A stretch of 64,000 nt of DNA from Nitrospirota bacterium (GCA_016212185.1 JACRGX010000002.1:3760-67759), one strand, 5' to 3'; numbered from the stretch's first letter, positions 17,882-28,554 are shown. A program made the numbers and translations. Notes: generated by a model from the sequence alone, not told the origin.

Positions 17882-18598
17882 CTATTTAATATTCTCCCAC
17901 CAGTTATATGATAAAATGTCTGTAAGAAATTGCTGATATTGGTCGTTTACTACACGATTCATACTTTTTTCAAGTACGTTTGTCCGGCTTGGCCCAAAGA
18001 AAACACCAGAAACGGGAAAAAATAAGGGCATCATCATAGCCCTATAAAACACGGGGTCCATAACAGAATCTCTGATATCACTTCTGAAGGTATTCATATA
18101 TAAAATTTTACCTTCAGGGCTGACAACAGTCCACTTGGAAGTAACAAGAACTTCGCCTTGGGGAAAACACCATATATCCATTATTTGGGGAATTATAAAA
18201 ACATCTATTTCTTGGTTAATCTCTGATGATTTTAATGAATTAATAATTACTACCTCTTTAAATATTTGTTTAAGACTCCCATTAGCCCATCTATCCATGC
18301 CTTCACCAATATCCGCTTTAACGGTTTGAAAAGAAAAAATATTACCATTACCTCCGGCTAATAATTTCTGAGTACAAGAACAATTTTGAAAAACCTTGTC
18401 ATAGAGCCCAGCTTTCAAGGGAATCTTAGTTGAGAAAGTTGTTTCATTATTAAAATCTGCGACTTTAAGAGTTTTACTACTGCTACATCCACTAAAAATA
18501 AGTATGCCAACCAGCAGAAAACAACTTAGAACATTACTTGTGTATTGATTATTCTCCATTTTTAATTCTGTCCTGCTCGCTCCAAATTTCCTCTGCAT
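17882..18598 (-). CDS. Lipoprotein of unknown function
   Basis: Lipobox LIFSGC. Start is ambiguous (TTG at 18604, ATG at 18598 or ATG at 18559). Confidence 0.45.
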   Translation of the reverse strand: MQRKFGASRTELKMENNQYTSNVLSCFLLVGILIFSGCSSSKTLKVADFNNETTFSTKIPLKAGLYDKVFQNCSCTQKLLAGGNGNIFSFQTVKADIGEGMDRWANGSLKQIFKEVVIINSLKSSEINQEIDVFIIPQIMDIWCFPQGEVLVTSKWTVVSPEGKILYMNTFRSDIRDSVMDPVFYRAMMMPLFFPVSGVFFGPSRTNVLEKSMNRVVNDQYQQFLTDILSYNWWENIK

Positions 18599-19130
18599 TT
18601 TCAATTCTTTCCCTTATATTTTCTTTATCAAATATATTTTTCATATCAAATGCAAAAGTTAATGTATTTTCTGCCCTAAGAGTTTTAACATCAACTTTCA
18701 ATGCTTTAAGATTACTTATATTCTTTATAAGAGTCTCCTTATTCCCCAAATAAAAATAGATAAAACCATGATGTAACCCGCCATATTGAAGGGTTTTCTC
18801 AAGTAGCAGCTTTCTGGCTATATTTACCTCGCCTGATAAAATTTGTCTTAAAGGTTCCCTACCTCCAAACGCCACAATTGCACCAGCAGCAGGAAAAAAA
18901 AGAATCATAGTATAGCCACCTATAATTGCAGTTGTCTTAGCAAGTTTTTCTCGTTCCTTTATTTCTTTATTTAATTTTAAATATGCATCAGAACCTGATA
19001 TCACTGGTAGGAGAGTTGAATCATCTGCAGTAAATAATAAAAAATTCTCTTTCTGAATTAGAATACGCTGGTTAGTCTTATTTTCAATAACAACAAGGAC
19101 TGGTAAAATACCGAATGGGAGTAAATCCAC
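18549..19130 (-). CDS. Hypothetical protein. The frame continues upstream to 19370 and there encodes a lipoprotein signal peptide (KKLNLIALSIILFNISAC) with no canonical start codon
   Basis: The ORF-track start is a GTG. Upstream in the same frame the sequence reads FCTDRQTDRQTDRQTDRINLKDKKLNLIALSIILFNISACSL... down to a stop at 19371..19373. Confidence 0.5.
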   Translation of the reverse strand: MDLLPFGILPVLVVIENKTNQRILIQKENFLLFTADDSTLLPVISGSDAYLKLNKEIKEREKLAKTTAIIGGYTMILFFPAAGAIVAFGGREPLRQILSGEVNIARKLLLEKTLQYGGLHHGFIYFYLGNKETLIKNISNLKALKVDVKTLRAENTLTFAFDMKNIFDKENIRERIENAEEIWSEQDRIKNGE

Positions 19131-19331
19131 ACCAAAATATTTTTCTAATCTGTCTTCCTCAAAGAAAGGGTCAATTGCAACTGCTAATCCTTTTTGATTC
19201 TGGGAAAACTTGTATTCAGAGACAGATTGAGTTGGAACATCAGGGCGATGATAAGCAAGTGAACACGCACTAATATTAAATAATATTATAGATAAAGCTA
19301 TTAAATTTAACTTCTTATCTTTTAAGTTTAT

Positions 19332-19364
<33 letters not shown>

Positions 19365-19509
19365 GCAAAATCAATGCCGCAAGCATCGTTCCCATGTATG
19401 TTTAACTCCTTAAATAATGTATTTGCAAAAACTATATACCAGAGAAAAATTCAAGTCAAGGTAATTTTCACATTGCCTAAAAATGTGGTTCTTCTGCCTC
19501 GCCTTGCCC

Positions 19510-19929
19510 CTACCCTCGTCCTTGATAATTTTGCTCTATATATTTTATATACGTTTCAATATCAGCAAGATTTCTGAGGGCATCCCTGCAAATTTTAAGA
19601 TAATCTATTTTTTCATAATCATGGGCAAGAAAATTGCGGAAAGAGGCAATTTTTGCAAACTCATATGCAAAGCTGGCAGGTATTATGTTGTTTTCCCCAA
19701 GAATATCAATTGTGTCCTGATAAGTCTGCGGCGTTCTTAAATTTCTGTCACGTATGATCAACTCTGCAAGAGTTATGCATGAATCAGCAATGAGGTAAAG
19801 ATAGTGCAGAAGCGCGCCTCTGTAAACTATGTCCTTTAAAAATTTTTCCTCGCAATCCTGCCCCATGTCTTTCAGTGTTTTATGATATTCCTTTATCTTT
19901 TCAATTTTTACCCTTAGCCGCTCTGTCAT
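19510..19929 (-). CDS. hepT: HepT (DUF86 / HEPN) toxin
   Basis: FRNFLAHDYEKIDY (RNxxxHxY). Confidence 0.8.
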   Translation of the reverse strand: MTERLRVKIEKIKEYHKTLKDMGQDCEEKFLKDIVYRGALLHYLYLIADSCITLAELIIRDRNLRTPQTYQDTIDILGENNIIPASFAYEFAKIASFRNFLAHDYEKIDYLKICRDALRNLADIETYIKYIEQNYQGRG

Positions 19930-20309
19930 ATCCCTGCAAAAACCTTTCTTTGGTATTTGAAATCCATTGCATTATGCAAAACATTTAGCTCAAAAGTCTC
20001 TCTTAGCTGAGGGTTTCTGTCGCAAACTATCTTGCCGCTTCTGACTATCTCTTCAAGAAGGATTATGTTTTTTGTCCTGTTAAGAAAAACAAGGTCCACA
20101 GCGTTGCTCTTAAGCGCCCTGCTTAATACTGCATGTAATTCCATCTCCTTGTCAAAAAAAGCGGTCTCTCTACACATATAAACTGCAATGTCTATGTCAC
20201 TGGTGGGGAATGCGTTCTCATAGGCACATGAACCAAATAGATATGCAAATTCCACATCTTCGGCATTCAGAAATATATTTTTTAGTTTTGATAAAATCTC
20301 ACTTGCCAT
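19926..20309 (-). CDS. mntA: MntA nucleotidyltransferase antitoxin
   Basis: FLFGSCAYENAFPTSDIDIAVY; overlaps hepT by 4 nt. Confidence 0.8.
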   Translation of the reverse strand: MASEILSKLKNIFLNAEDVEFAYLFGSCAYENAFPTSDIDIAVYMCRETAFFDKEMELHAVLSRALKSNAVDLVFLNRTKNIILLEEIVRSGKIVCDRNPQLRETFELNVLHNAMDFKYQRKVFAGI

Positions 20310-20395
20310 TTCAGCTTATCTTCCTTTAAGTTTATAGCAGAATTATATCATAATACCTTCAAAAATAATCAGCTTAATAATTTTAAAAAGGGGCT

Positions 20396-20440
20396 GTCCC
20401 GTCCCGATGCTTCGGGAGGGAACAGCTCCCTTGAATCATG
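20396..20440 (-). terminator. Intrinsic terminator on the minus strand (ggggctgtcccgtcccgatgcttcgggagggaacagctccc then T5) downstream of vapC
   Basis: GC hairpin followed by a T-run on the minus strand; near-identical copy at 21148..21190. Confidence 0.55.
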
Positions 20441-20479
20441 TTTAAGTGAATTTTCACATCCCTCCCTTGAAACTTCCAC

Positions 20480-20899
20480 CTACCAAATCTCAAGGTAAAA
20501 ATCTTTATATGCCTTGATTAGCTCATAATCTGCCCTGTCTGAAGTAATGACTGTGGCTCCGTGGTTTCTTGCAGTAAGCGCTATGAGGACATCAAAATGA
20601 ATATCTCTCAGTTTCCCTGGAGAAAACCCTTTATCTTTATAAATCTTTGACAATATTTCGCCGGACTCAAGCCAGTTCTTCTCTGTCGGGGTAAGTATCG
20701 GGTGATTTTTTATTAGCATTGCTACAAAATCCGATTCTTCTTCCCTAACAGCTCCCCTTGATAATTCGGATAGAACAACAGATGAATTTCTTATAAGACC
20801 CGTCACATTTTGAATGTGATCAACGTATTTATTGGTCCTTAAATGGTCTATAAATACCGAGGTGTCAAAGACGATAATCCTACCTGCCATGAGCTTCAA
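20480..20899 (-). CDS. vapC: PIN-domain toxin
   Basis: RIIVFDTSVFIDHL N-terminus (PIN). Confidence 0.75.
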   Translation of the reverse strand: MKLMAGRIIVFDTSVFIDHLRTNKYVDHIQNVTGLIRNSSVVLSELSRGAVREEESDFVAMLIKNHPILTPTEKNWLESGEILSKIYKDKGFSPGKLRDIHFDVLIALTARNHGATVITSDRADYELIKAYKDFYLEIW

Positions 20900-21074
20900 A
20901 CTTCAGTTTGCCGCCGTGTTTTAACATCAGTTCCTTAAATTTTTTCAACCCTGCAACCTCTCTTAATGCCACATGCACCGCCTCAGTCCTGCTTTTTACG
21001 CCAAGAGCCTTAACAACAAAATCAGCAAGCTTAGTATCAAGTCTTATGGACGTCATTTTAACAGCAGCTTTCAT
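20880..21074 (-). CDS. vapB: VapB-type antitoxin
   Basis: MKAAVKMTSIRLDTKLADFV... Overlaps vapC. The internal ATG at 21074 is preferred. Confidence 0.55.
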   Translation of the reverse strand: MKAAVKMTSIRLDTKLADFVVKALGVKSRTEAVHVALREVAGLKKFKELMLKHGGKLKFEAHGR

Positions 21075-21147
21075 AAAGACCTCCTTGTTTTGTATATACA
21101 AATCATATAATTTTTATATACAATTGTCAAGGATAAGGATATAAAAA

Positions 21148-21190
21148 GGGGGCTGTTCCCGTCCCGATGCTTCGGAAGGGAACAGCCCCC
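21148..21190 (-). terminator. Intrinsic terminator on the minus strand (gggggctgttcccgtcccgatgcttcggaagggaacagccccc then T5) downstream of hppA
   Basis: 13-bp stem with T-run on the minus strand; second copy of the 20396 element. Confidence 0.6.
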
Positions 21191-21325
21191 TTAATCATTT
21201 CATAAGTGGGGCGGGGATTCCCCTCGCCCCTATCCTTCCTCTATATTTATGAAGAAAGAATTTTCTGTTTTCATTTCGCCCCGTATCAAATTCAGGGCCG
21301 TTACGTCTCACTTCTTACGTCTTAC

Positions 21326-23404
21326 TTATAATAACGGCACAATCAGCAGAGCTACGATGTTGATGACCTTAATCATTGGGTTAATCGCAGGACCTGCCGT
21401 ATCTTTGTACGGGTCGCCGACGGTATCGCCTGTAACTGAGGCTTTGTGTCCATCGCTCCCCTTCTTATGCATGACGCCTTTGTCGTCGGTAACGCCGTCT
21501 TCAAAGGATTTCTTGGCATTGTCCCATGCGCCGCCGCCGCTTGTCATGGCAATCGCCTGGAAGAGTCCGGTTAAGATACTTCCGATAAGAACGCCTCCGA
21601 GGGCTTCCCTGCCGAGGAGAAGACCTACTGCAATTGGCACTACAACCGGGATAAGAGCAGGAACCATCATCTGCTTGATAGCGCCTTTTGTAACGATGTC
21701 AACGCACTTGCCGTATTCCGGCTTTGCCTTATATTCCATAATGCCGGGAATCTCCCTGAACTGTCTTCTGACTTCTTCAACAATGCTGCCTGCTGCCTTT
21801 CCAACGGCCTCCATAAGGAGTGAGCCGAAATAATAAGGAAGCAGTCCTCCGATGAAAAGACCTGCCAAAACCATCGGGTTAGAAAGATCAAATGATAGGG
21901 CTTCGCTGAACGACCTTGAATACTCTGCAAAAAGGACCAGTGCCGCAAGACCTGCCGAGCCGATTGCATAACCCTTTGTAACAGCCTTTGTTGTGTTTCC
22001 GACTGCATCCAACGGGTCTGTGATATTACGGATTTCTTCAGGCAGTCCTGACATTTCTGCAATACCGCCTGCATTGTCCGTTATCGGTCCGTATGAGTCA
22101 ATTGCAACAACAATGCCTGTCATTGAAAGCATTGATACTGCTGACAGGGCAATAGCAAAAAGACCGCCTGCTGCATCACCGGCAAATCCACCGCCTAAAG
22201 AATATGCGCCTAAGATTGAGGCAACAATAACTACAACAGGCGCACCGGTTGACTTCATGCTGACCGCAAGGCCTGCTATCACGTTTGTGCCGTGACCGGT
22301 CAGGCTGGCCTTGGCAATGTGCTTCACAGGGCCATACTCCTTAGCAGTGAAGTACTCGGTTATGGCCACGATTAGACCCGTTAATGCGAGGCCGATAAGC
22401 GCCATAAGAAACACGTTCATCTGTGTAAATGAAGGATGCTCAACTAATGAAGCCTGCACGGATGCGCCTTCCAGAAATTTGCCCGTAACAAAATAAAAGG
22501 TTACTGCCGCAAGGATGCCTGCAACTGCAAGACCCTTATAAAGGGCGCCCATGATATACTGGTTCTTACCGAGCTTTACTGCAAAGGTCCCTATAATGGA
22601 AGCAATTATAGATATTCCGCCAAGGAGCATCGGGAATTCCACCCATGCGCTGTCAGCGCCAAAAACTGTCCTGGCCAGAAGCATTGCTGCAACGAGCGTA
22701 ACCGTGTATGTTTCATAAAGGTCGGCTGCCATGCCTGCGCAGTCGCCTACGTTGTCTCCAACATTGTCGGCGATAACTGCCGGATTTCTCGGGTCATCCT
22801 CAGGAATTCCTGCTTCAACTTTTCCGACAAGGTCAGCGCCTACGTCAGCAGCCTTTGTATAAATACCGCCTGCGATACGGGCGAACACGCTCATGAGCGA
22901 GCATCCAAAGCCGAGCCCCACAAGCGCATGGAAGGCCTGTTCAGGGGCGGACTGCTTTGCTATTGTATAAAAACACGCAAGACCTATAATCCCAAGACCA
23001 ACGACCATGACACCAGTCACTGACCCGCCCTTAAAGGCAAGACCGAGCGCAGCTTGAAGCCCCCTGCTCGCAGCCTGTGTGGTGCGGACGTTTGCCCTGA
23101 CAGTGACCCACATACCCACATAGCCCGCAAGCGCCGAACCTACCGTTCCAATCATGAAACCGATAGCCGGCCATATGCCGAGCTGCGGTATTGCAGCAAT
23201 GGCCACCACCAGAACAACGGCAACCATAGCAACAGTTTTATACTCACGTGCAAGAAACGCATATGCGCCCTCTTTGACTGCATTAGAGATTTCCTGCATC
23301 TTGGTGCTTCCCGCATCCTGCTTTGATACCCATGCTGCGGTTACGAGGGCGTATACAACACCCAGCGCGCCGCAGAGTAAGGCAAAAAGAATAGTTGTAC
23401 TCAT
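21326..23404 (-). CDS. hppA: Membrane-bound ion-translocating pyrophosphatase
   Basis: 692 aa, about 16 TM helices, GDNVGDCAG and DNVGDNVGD motifs; AAAGGAGG RBS. Confidence 0.9.
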   Translation of the reverse strand: MSTTILFALLCGALGVVYALVTAAWVSKQDAGSTKMQEISNAVKEGAYAFLAREYKTVAMVAVVLVVAIAAIPQLGIWPAIGFMIGTVGSALAGYVGMWVTVRANVRTTQAASRGLQAALGLAFKGGSVTGVMVVGLGIIGLACFYTIAKQSAPEQAFHALVGLGFGCSLMSVFARIAGGIYTKAADVGADLVGKVEAGIPEDDPRNPAVIADNVGDNVGDCAGMAADLYETYTVTLVAAMLLARTVFGADSAWVEFPMLLGGISIIASIIGTFAVKLGKNQYIMGALYKGLAVAGILAAVTFYFVTGKFLEGASVQASLVEHPSFTQMNVFLMALIGLALTGLIVAITEYFTAKEYGPVKHIAKASLTGHGTNVIAGLAVSMKSTGAPVVVIVASILGAYSLGGGFAGDAAGGLFAIALSAVSMLSMTGIVVAIDSYGPITDNAGGIAEMSGLPEEIRNITDPLDAVGNTTKAVTKGYAIGSAGLAALVLFAEYSRSFSEALSFDLSNPMVLAGLFIGGLLPYYFGSLLMEAVGKAAGSIVEEVRRQFREIPGIMEYKAKPEYGKCVDIVTKGAIKQMMVPALIPVVVPIAVGLLLGREALGGVLIGSILTGLFQAIAMTSGGGAWDNAKKSFEDGVTDDKGVMHKKGSDGHKASVTGDTVGDPYKDTAGPAINPMIKVINIVALLIVPLL

Positions 23405-23477
23405 TTAGCTCCTCCTTTTTATTGGTTTCAATTTAAAAAATTACATTTATGTAAATGTTTTTTGCCGTTTGTGTCCT

Positions 23478-23603
23478 TGCGGCTTGTCCGCAATCCTTTT
23501 ATTTTTTCGTTGTCATTCTGGCTTGTCCAGAATCCTTTCCAAGAAAGATTCCGAATCCCGAAGCATCGGGAGAATGACATTTCCGGCAAGCGAAAATGAC
23601 AAC
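23478..23603. repeat. Composite repeat between hppA and qmoC: direct repeat ggcttgtccRSaatcc x2 plus a GGAATGAC-family hairpin (cccgaagcatcggg)
   Basis: Read directly; shares motifs with 15757, 47545 and 53171. Confidence 0.45.
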
Positions 23604-23625
23604 TATAATAAGAACTACTCATTTG

Positions 23626-24744
23626 CTATTTCTTCTCTCTTCCTGAATATTTTGCATAGCAAATCGCCGCCGCCCTGTAAAATATATGGGCAAGTTTTGA
23701 GTATGGAAGATAAAGAAAAAGTGAAAACACAAAAACAAGGTGTATAAAATAAACCGGATACGCAAGGCCTGCCATGCCTGCAAGTCTTGTGGCCCATGAC
23801 AGGATACCGGAGGCCATGATTACTCCAATTATTGTCAGCAGAAGCCAGTCAAAATAGCTTCCAATACCTGATTTATCAACATGCTTAAACCTGTCAATAA
23901 CCATGAGCAAAACACCGATAAAAAGCCCTATCGCGCCGATTAGCCCAAAGATTTTAACAGGCGTGCCGTAACCGAATGCGAAAGGAGACTCCTTATGCAG
24001 AATATCAATATAAAGAACCCCGAAACCTGTAGCAATTGCAAGGGCCATGAAACTATAAAACACCATAAAGTGCGCTGAAAATCTGCTCCTGTCCACAACA
24101 CAGTCTTTGAATTTTTTCTGGCTCAGAATTTCTTTAGCCGTTTCAATTATGCCTGACTTCAAATCGCCCGATGTTACGCCTCCTGCCTGCTTCATGTCTT
24201 TCCAGAACTTTTTCAAGCCGAGAACGCCGACAGCAATTCCAAATAGCAGCGCGGGAGTAAAGACAAACTGAAGAAAGCGGATTGAGGCGAATTTTGAAAA
24301 TACAATCTCGCCGTCCGGTATATTAAACGTTCCCGCTGCTGAAAGTATCACTCCAAGCAGCACGGCAGGGAGAAGGAAGATAAGCCATACAAGATTCTTG
24401 TTACCAACCATTTTTGACAGAAACGCCGGTTTTGAATACATCTGAATGCCCTGCTTCCTGATTGCGCCTAAAACCTCTCCGGGTTTTGCGCCTCTCGGGC
24501 AGTATGCGGTGCAGTCGTTGCACTGATGACAGAGCCAGACATCGGGGTTGCCGATGAATTTTTCTTTCAGCCCCCACTGCGCCCAGACCATTTCTTTTCT
24601 GGGAAATGGTTTGTCATCCGGCGTCACATTGCACACAACCGTGCAAGTTGCGCACTGGAAACATTTTTTCAGGGACTCTCCGCCGCCTTCAATAACCCCT
24701 TTTACAAAATCAAGATCAGGCTTTATAACCGTTGCTGATGACAT
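23626..24744 (-). CDS. qmoC: Quinone-interacting membrane-bound oxidoreductase subunit C (HdrC-like FeS domain + haem-b membrane domain)
   Basis: CFQCATCTVVC and CHQCNDCTAYCP ferredoxin motifs followed by 5-6 TM helices. Confidence 0.8.
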   Translation of the reverse strand: MSSATVIKPDLDFVKGVIEGGGESLKKCFQCATCTVVCNVTPDDKPFPRKEMVWAQWGLKEKFIGNPDVWLCHQCNDCTAYCPRGAKPGEVLGAIRKQGIQMYSKPAFLSKMVGNKNLVWLIFLLPAVLLGVILSAAGTFNIPDGEIVFSKFASIRFLQFVFTPALLFGIAVGVLGLKKFWKDMKQAGGVTSGDLKSGIIETAKEILSQKKFKDCVVDRSRFSAHFMVFYSFMALAIATGFGVLYIDILHKESPFAFGYGTPVKIFGLIGAIGLFIGVLLMVIDRFKHVDKSGIGSYFDWLLLTIIGVIMASGILSWATRLAGMAGLAYPVYFIHLVFVFSLFLYLPYSKLAHIFYRAAAICYAKYSGREKK

Positions 24745-24772
24745 TTAATACCTCCCAATAATAGGGTTCTAT

Positions 24773-24872
24773 GATTCAAGGATTCGTGGGTTCAAGTGAT
24801 TAAAATTCATAACACATTACGAATTACGGTTTTAAAATCCTTGACTCCTTGACTCCTTGACCGCTTGAATCC
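24773..24872. repeat. GGATTCAAGG-family long imperfect palindrome between qmoB and qmoC
   Basis: Left arm gattcaaggattcgtgggttcaagtgat, right arm aatccttgactccttgactccttgaccgcttgaatcc. The loop contains the cacattacgaattacggtttt heptamer motif. Confidence 0.6.
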
Positions 24873-24878
24873 TGTTTT

Positions 24879-27104
24879 TTATAATTCCTTAAACGGATTG
24901 GGACCAATTTCTTCAACCCTCTCAACAAAGGTGTTTATCATTTCAGGGAGCTTGTCGTATTCTGATATGGAGACCTGCACAAGCTGGCATCTGTCGGATT
25001 CAAGCTGAAGCTTGTCAAGCGTCTCCTTAACCTTGCTGAAGCGGTAGTTTGCAAGCTCGCTGCCTTTTACAAAATGGCACTGATAATTTTCGCCGTACTT
25101 ACAGCCTAAAAGCATCAGTCCGTCAATTCCTTTTGAAAATGCATCGGTAACCCACACCAGATTGGTTGAACCGAGGCATCTGACAGGGATAATCCTTACC
25201 TTCGGATTTAATTTAATGCGTTTTATTGCCGCGCTGTCTAATGCAGGATAGGCGTCATTTTCGCAAGCCAGTACAATAATCCTGAACTCATCCTCATCCA
25301 CTTCTATGGACTTTATCATTGAACCGACTATATCAACGCTGAAATCCTTGAACGATACAATCCTTTCAGGGCATGCTCCCATACAGGTTCCGCAGCGCCG
25401 ACAGCGGTTGAGTCTGAAAAATGGAGTGCCTTTTTCATCTTCATCTATTGCGCCGAAAGGACACTCCTCAGTGCATCTCTTACATGACGTGCATTTTATC
25501 ATAAGAGGGTCAGGGAATGTCACATCCCATGCCCTCGGATGAACTGCCATGCCCTTTGCAACATGCTCAACGCACTGTATTGCCTTTAATGCCGCGCCTG
25601 CCGCATCCTCTGCGGCGTCAGCCATAGTCATAGGCTGTCTTACGCACCCTGCCGCATAAATGCCTGTCCTTCTCGTTTCATACTGGAAACAAATAAAACC
25701 GGAATCCGCAAACCCGTATGCGCCTTCAAGCGACGGGATTTCAGGACCCTGCCTGTAAGTGAGATTTAAGATGAAATCGGGCTTGGGCGTTGTTTCAATA
25801 TAAGCATTCTTTGCAATATCGCCTTTCTTTTGCGCCTCGGTAAGTCCGTCAAGATATTCCTGAGGGGCGCGTGTGGCAGGCACAACGCCTGTTGCAAGAA
25901 CCACAAGGTCTGCCTCAACCTTTATCTTTTCTCCGAGGAGGGTATTGTCTGCCTCAACATAAAGGTTGCCGTTTTCGGCGTCGCTTATGCCCGTTACTTC
26001 CGCCTTTGTCAATAAGACGCCCGGGTCGTTCTGCATATTTTTATAAAATATTTCTGTCTGCCCCGGTGTCCTAATATCTTTATAAAAAATCATTGCAATT
26101 GCATCGTCATTCTTCTCCCTCACATATTTTGCCTGCTTAAGCGATGCTGCACAGCAGAATGATGAGCAGTACGGAAGGTGGTTTGCGTCCCTTGAACCTG
26201 CGCACTGAATAAATGCCACCTTCTTTGCCTCTTTGCCGTCAGACGGACGGGTTATCTTTCCCTTCTTTGCCATTTCTTCCATCTGAATATTTGTAATTAC
26301 ATTAGGATTGCCGTATCCGAGATGAGTAAGTTTTGAGGCGTCATAGGGTTTCCATCCCGCAGCCATGATGACAGCGCCGACCCTCATTGTCTCGCTTGTT
26401 CCGTTGGTTCTTATAGTTACATCCAGGAGGCCAGGCTGTCCATCTGTCTTTTCTATAATTGATGATTTATATACTTTAATATTGGCGTGCGACTCCACTT
26501 CTTTCATCCTATCAAAAATCTTAGGCTCTTCAAGTTTATCAAACGGCTGCTGTCTCGGCGTTTCTTTATAAAGTTTTGCAGCCCATCCGCCAAGCTCCGC
26601 CTCTTTTTCAACAAGCACAACCTGATAACCTGCATTGGCAGCCTCAATCGCCGCAGAGAGTCCCGCACTGCCGCCGCCGATGACAAGGATCGTCTTGCTC
26701 AAATCCTGAAGTATGCTGGGCTCAGGTAGATCGCCCTTCTGCGCCTTGATTGCGCCCATTACCATATAATCATCTGCAAGACTCTGCGCATCCGTACTCA
26801 TAGGTTCGGCAGTCCAGGCAACAAACTCCCTCAGATTGACCCTTTCTGTTATTGTACCGGGGAAATCAAACTCTTCATATTTTACGCGTGGGGAGCATGC
26901 GCCGATGATAATTGTATTGGTCCCTTCTTTTATATCATTTTTGATAAGCTCCAGCCCCTCGGTACTGCATAAGACCTGATGCTCTTTTACGGCCTCTGCC
27001 GGCACCCTGCCCTTTCCAGAGGTCCTGGCCTTCAGCTTTTCTATGTTTACGGATTCTCCGATGCCACAGCCTTTACAGATATAAACGCCGATTTTTTTCT
27101 CCAT
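24879..27104 (-). CDS. qmoB: QmoB (HdrA-like flavoprotein + MvhD-like domain)
   Basis: 741 aa, FAD-binding GGGSAGLSAA, and several Cx2Cx2Cx3C clusters. Confidence 0.85.
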   Translation of the reverse strand: MEKKIGVYICKGCGIGESVNIEKLKARTSGKGRVPAEAVKEHQVLCSTEGLELIKNDIKEGTNTIIIGACSPRVKYEEFDFPGTITERVNLREFVAWTAEPMSTDAQSLADDYMVMGAIKAQKGDLPEPSILQDLSKTILVIGGGSAGLSAAIEAANAGYQVVLVEKEAELGGWAAKLYKETPRQQPFDKLEEPKIFDRMKEVESHANIKVYKSSIIEKTDGQPGLLDVTIRTNGTSETMRVGAVIMAAGWKPYDASKLTHLGYGNPNVITNIQMEEMAKKGKITRPSDGKEAKKVAFIQCAGSRDANHLPYCSSFCCAASLKQAKYVREKNDDAIAMIFYKDIRTPGQTEIFYKNMQNDPGVLLTKAEVTGISDAENGNLYVEADNTLLGEKIKVEADLVVLATGVVPATRAPQEYLDGLTEAQKKGDIAKNAYIETTPKPDFILNLTYRQGPEIPSLEGAYGFADSGFICFQYETRRTGIYAAGCVRQPMTMADAAEDAAGAALKAIQCVEHVAKGMAVHPRAWDVTFPDPLMIKCTSCKRCTEECPFGAIDEDEKGTPFFRLNRCRRCGTCMGACPERIVSFKDFSVDIVGSMIKSIEVDEDEFRIIVLACENDAYPALDSAAIKRIKLNPKVRIIPVRCLGSTNLVWVTDAFSKGIDGLMLLGCKYGENYQCHFVKGSELANYRFSKVKETLDKLQLESDRCQLVQVSISEYDKLPEMINTFVERVEEIGPNPFKEL

Positions 27105-27106
27105 CT

Positions 27107-28366
27107 CTATTTTGACCTCCCTGCGACGTGAATGCTTTTCATTGCTACCCCTGTCGCATCCTGAACTGATTTTGCGACATCAACAGGGCTTTTTAAAGTT
27201 CCAACCGCATACATGCCTTTTTTCAGTGAAGACGGCACCACAAAACCATCATCAGTGTATGAAATATCAGCATGTATCGCTGAATCCTTTGTTGAAGGCA
27301 CCATGCCTGCGGCAAGCACGACCATGTCATATTTCTCTGTAATCTTCCTGCCTGCGAGCACATCCTCCACAACCACGCTTACGTCTCCTGTTGCGCTGTC
27401 CTCGGTAATCTTTGCAACCTTTCCCTTTGTGAGCGTTACATTCGGGTCGTCCTTGACCTTCCAGTAAAACTGCTCATACCTTCCGGGCGTTCTTATGTCT
27501 ATGTAAAAAATCCGCGCCTTTGACTCAGGATACTGCTCCCTGATATAAGTCGCCTGCTTTAATGAAGCCATACAGCAGATATATGAACAGTATGGCAGGT
27601 GGTTTTCATCCCTTGAGCCTGCACATTGGACAAATGCAATGTTTTTGACCTCCTTGCCGTCAGAGGGTCTCAGAATCTTCCCTGCTGTCGGGCCGTTGGG
27701 AGATGCAAGGCGCTCCATCTGCATATTGGTTATCACATTTTTTATCTTTCCCGCTCCGAGATTATCAAGCTTTGACACATCATAGGGGTTCCAGCCTGCC
27801 GCAAGGATAATTGAACTGACCTTCAGGCTGATTGTTTCAGGCTTCATGTTTAAATCTATCGCATCATACTTGCACACAGCAATGCATTTTGCGCATGACG
27901 CACCCTTGCAGTGCTTTCCGTCTATTGCATATTTAAAAGGAAAGGCCTGATTGTGCGTGATGTATGCCGCCTTTGTCTTATCCATGCCGAAATTGAATTC
28001 ATTTGGCATTTCAACAGGACAAGCCTCGGCGCAGGCATTGCATCCCACGCACTTGTCGTTTATGAACCGGGGACTGAGTTTTACAGTCACATCATAATTC
28101 CCTTCCTGCCCGCAAACCTTCTCAACCTCTGCAAGCGTATAAAAAGAAATGTCCGCATTGTTCTTTATCCTCTTGAAATTAATCTCAAGCCCGCAGTTCG
28201 GGGGACACAGCTTTGGAAAATATTTATTTAATTGCGTGACCCTTCCGCCCAAAAACGGGGTTTTCTCTATGATAACTACGTCAGAGCCTGCCTCTGCGGT
28301 TTCAACCGCCGCGGTAAGCCCGCTGAATCCTCCGCCTACGACCAGAACTTTTTTCTTTTCTGCCAT
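27107..28366 (-). CDS. qmoA: QmoA (HdrA-like flavoprotein)
   Basis: VVGGGFSGLTAA FAD motif plus an FeS ferredoxin segment. Confidence 0.85.
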   Translation of the reverse strand: MAEKKKVLVVGGGFSGLTAAVETAEAGSDVVIIEKTPFLGGRVTQLNKYFPKLCPPNCGLEINFKRIKNNADISFYTLAEVEKVCGQEGNYDVTVKLSPRFINDKCVGCNACAEACPVEMPNEFNFGMDKTKAAYITHNQAFPFKYAIDGKHCKGASCAKCIAVCKYDAIDLNMKPETISLKVSSIILAAGWNPYDVSKLDNLGAGKIKNVITNMQMERLASPNGPTAGKILRPSDGKEVKNIAFVQCAGSRDENHLPYCSYICCMASLKQATYIREQYPESKARIFYIDIRTPGRYEQFYWKVKDDPNVTLTKGKVAKITEDSATGDVSVVVEDVLAGRKITEKYDMVVLAAGMVPSTKDSAIHADISYTDDGFVVPSSLKKGMYAVGTLKSPVDVAKSVQDATGVAMKSIHVAGRSK

Positions 28367-28554
28367 TTCTTACCTCCTTAAGGCAGTAATAATTCAAACA
28401 AAATAAATCCAACCACAGAAAACACCGAGAACATATTCATTGTAAATTTATTCCCGAATTGTCGGGACAAACTTAGCATTTTAAATTTGCATTTTGAAAT
28501 GATAATTGATAATTTTGCAATAAAAAATAACCTGTGCCCTCTGTGGTTAAATTA

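Noticed and set aside
21249-21833. 194-aa plus-strand ORF
   Set aside because: Lies entirely antisense to hppA and is a Pro/Ser/Ala-rich low-complexity translation; no RBS.
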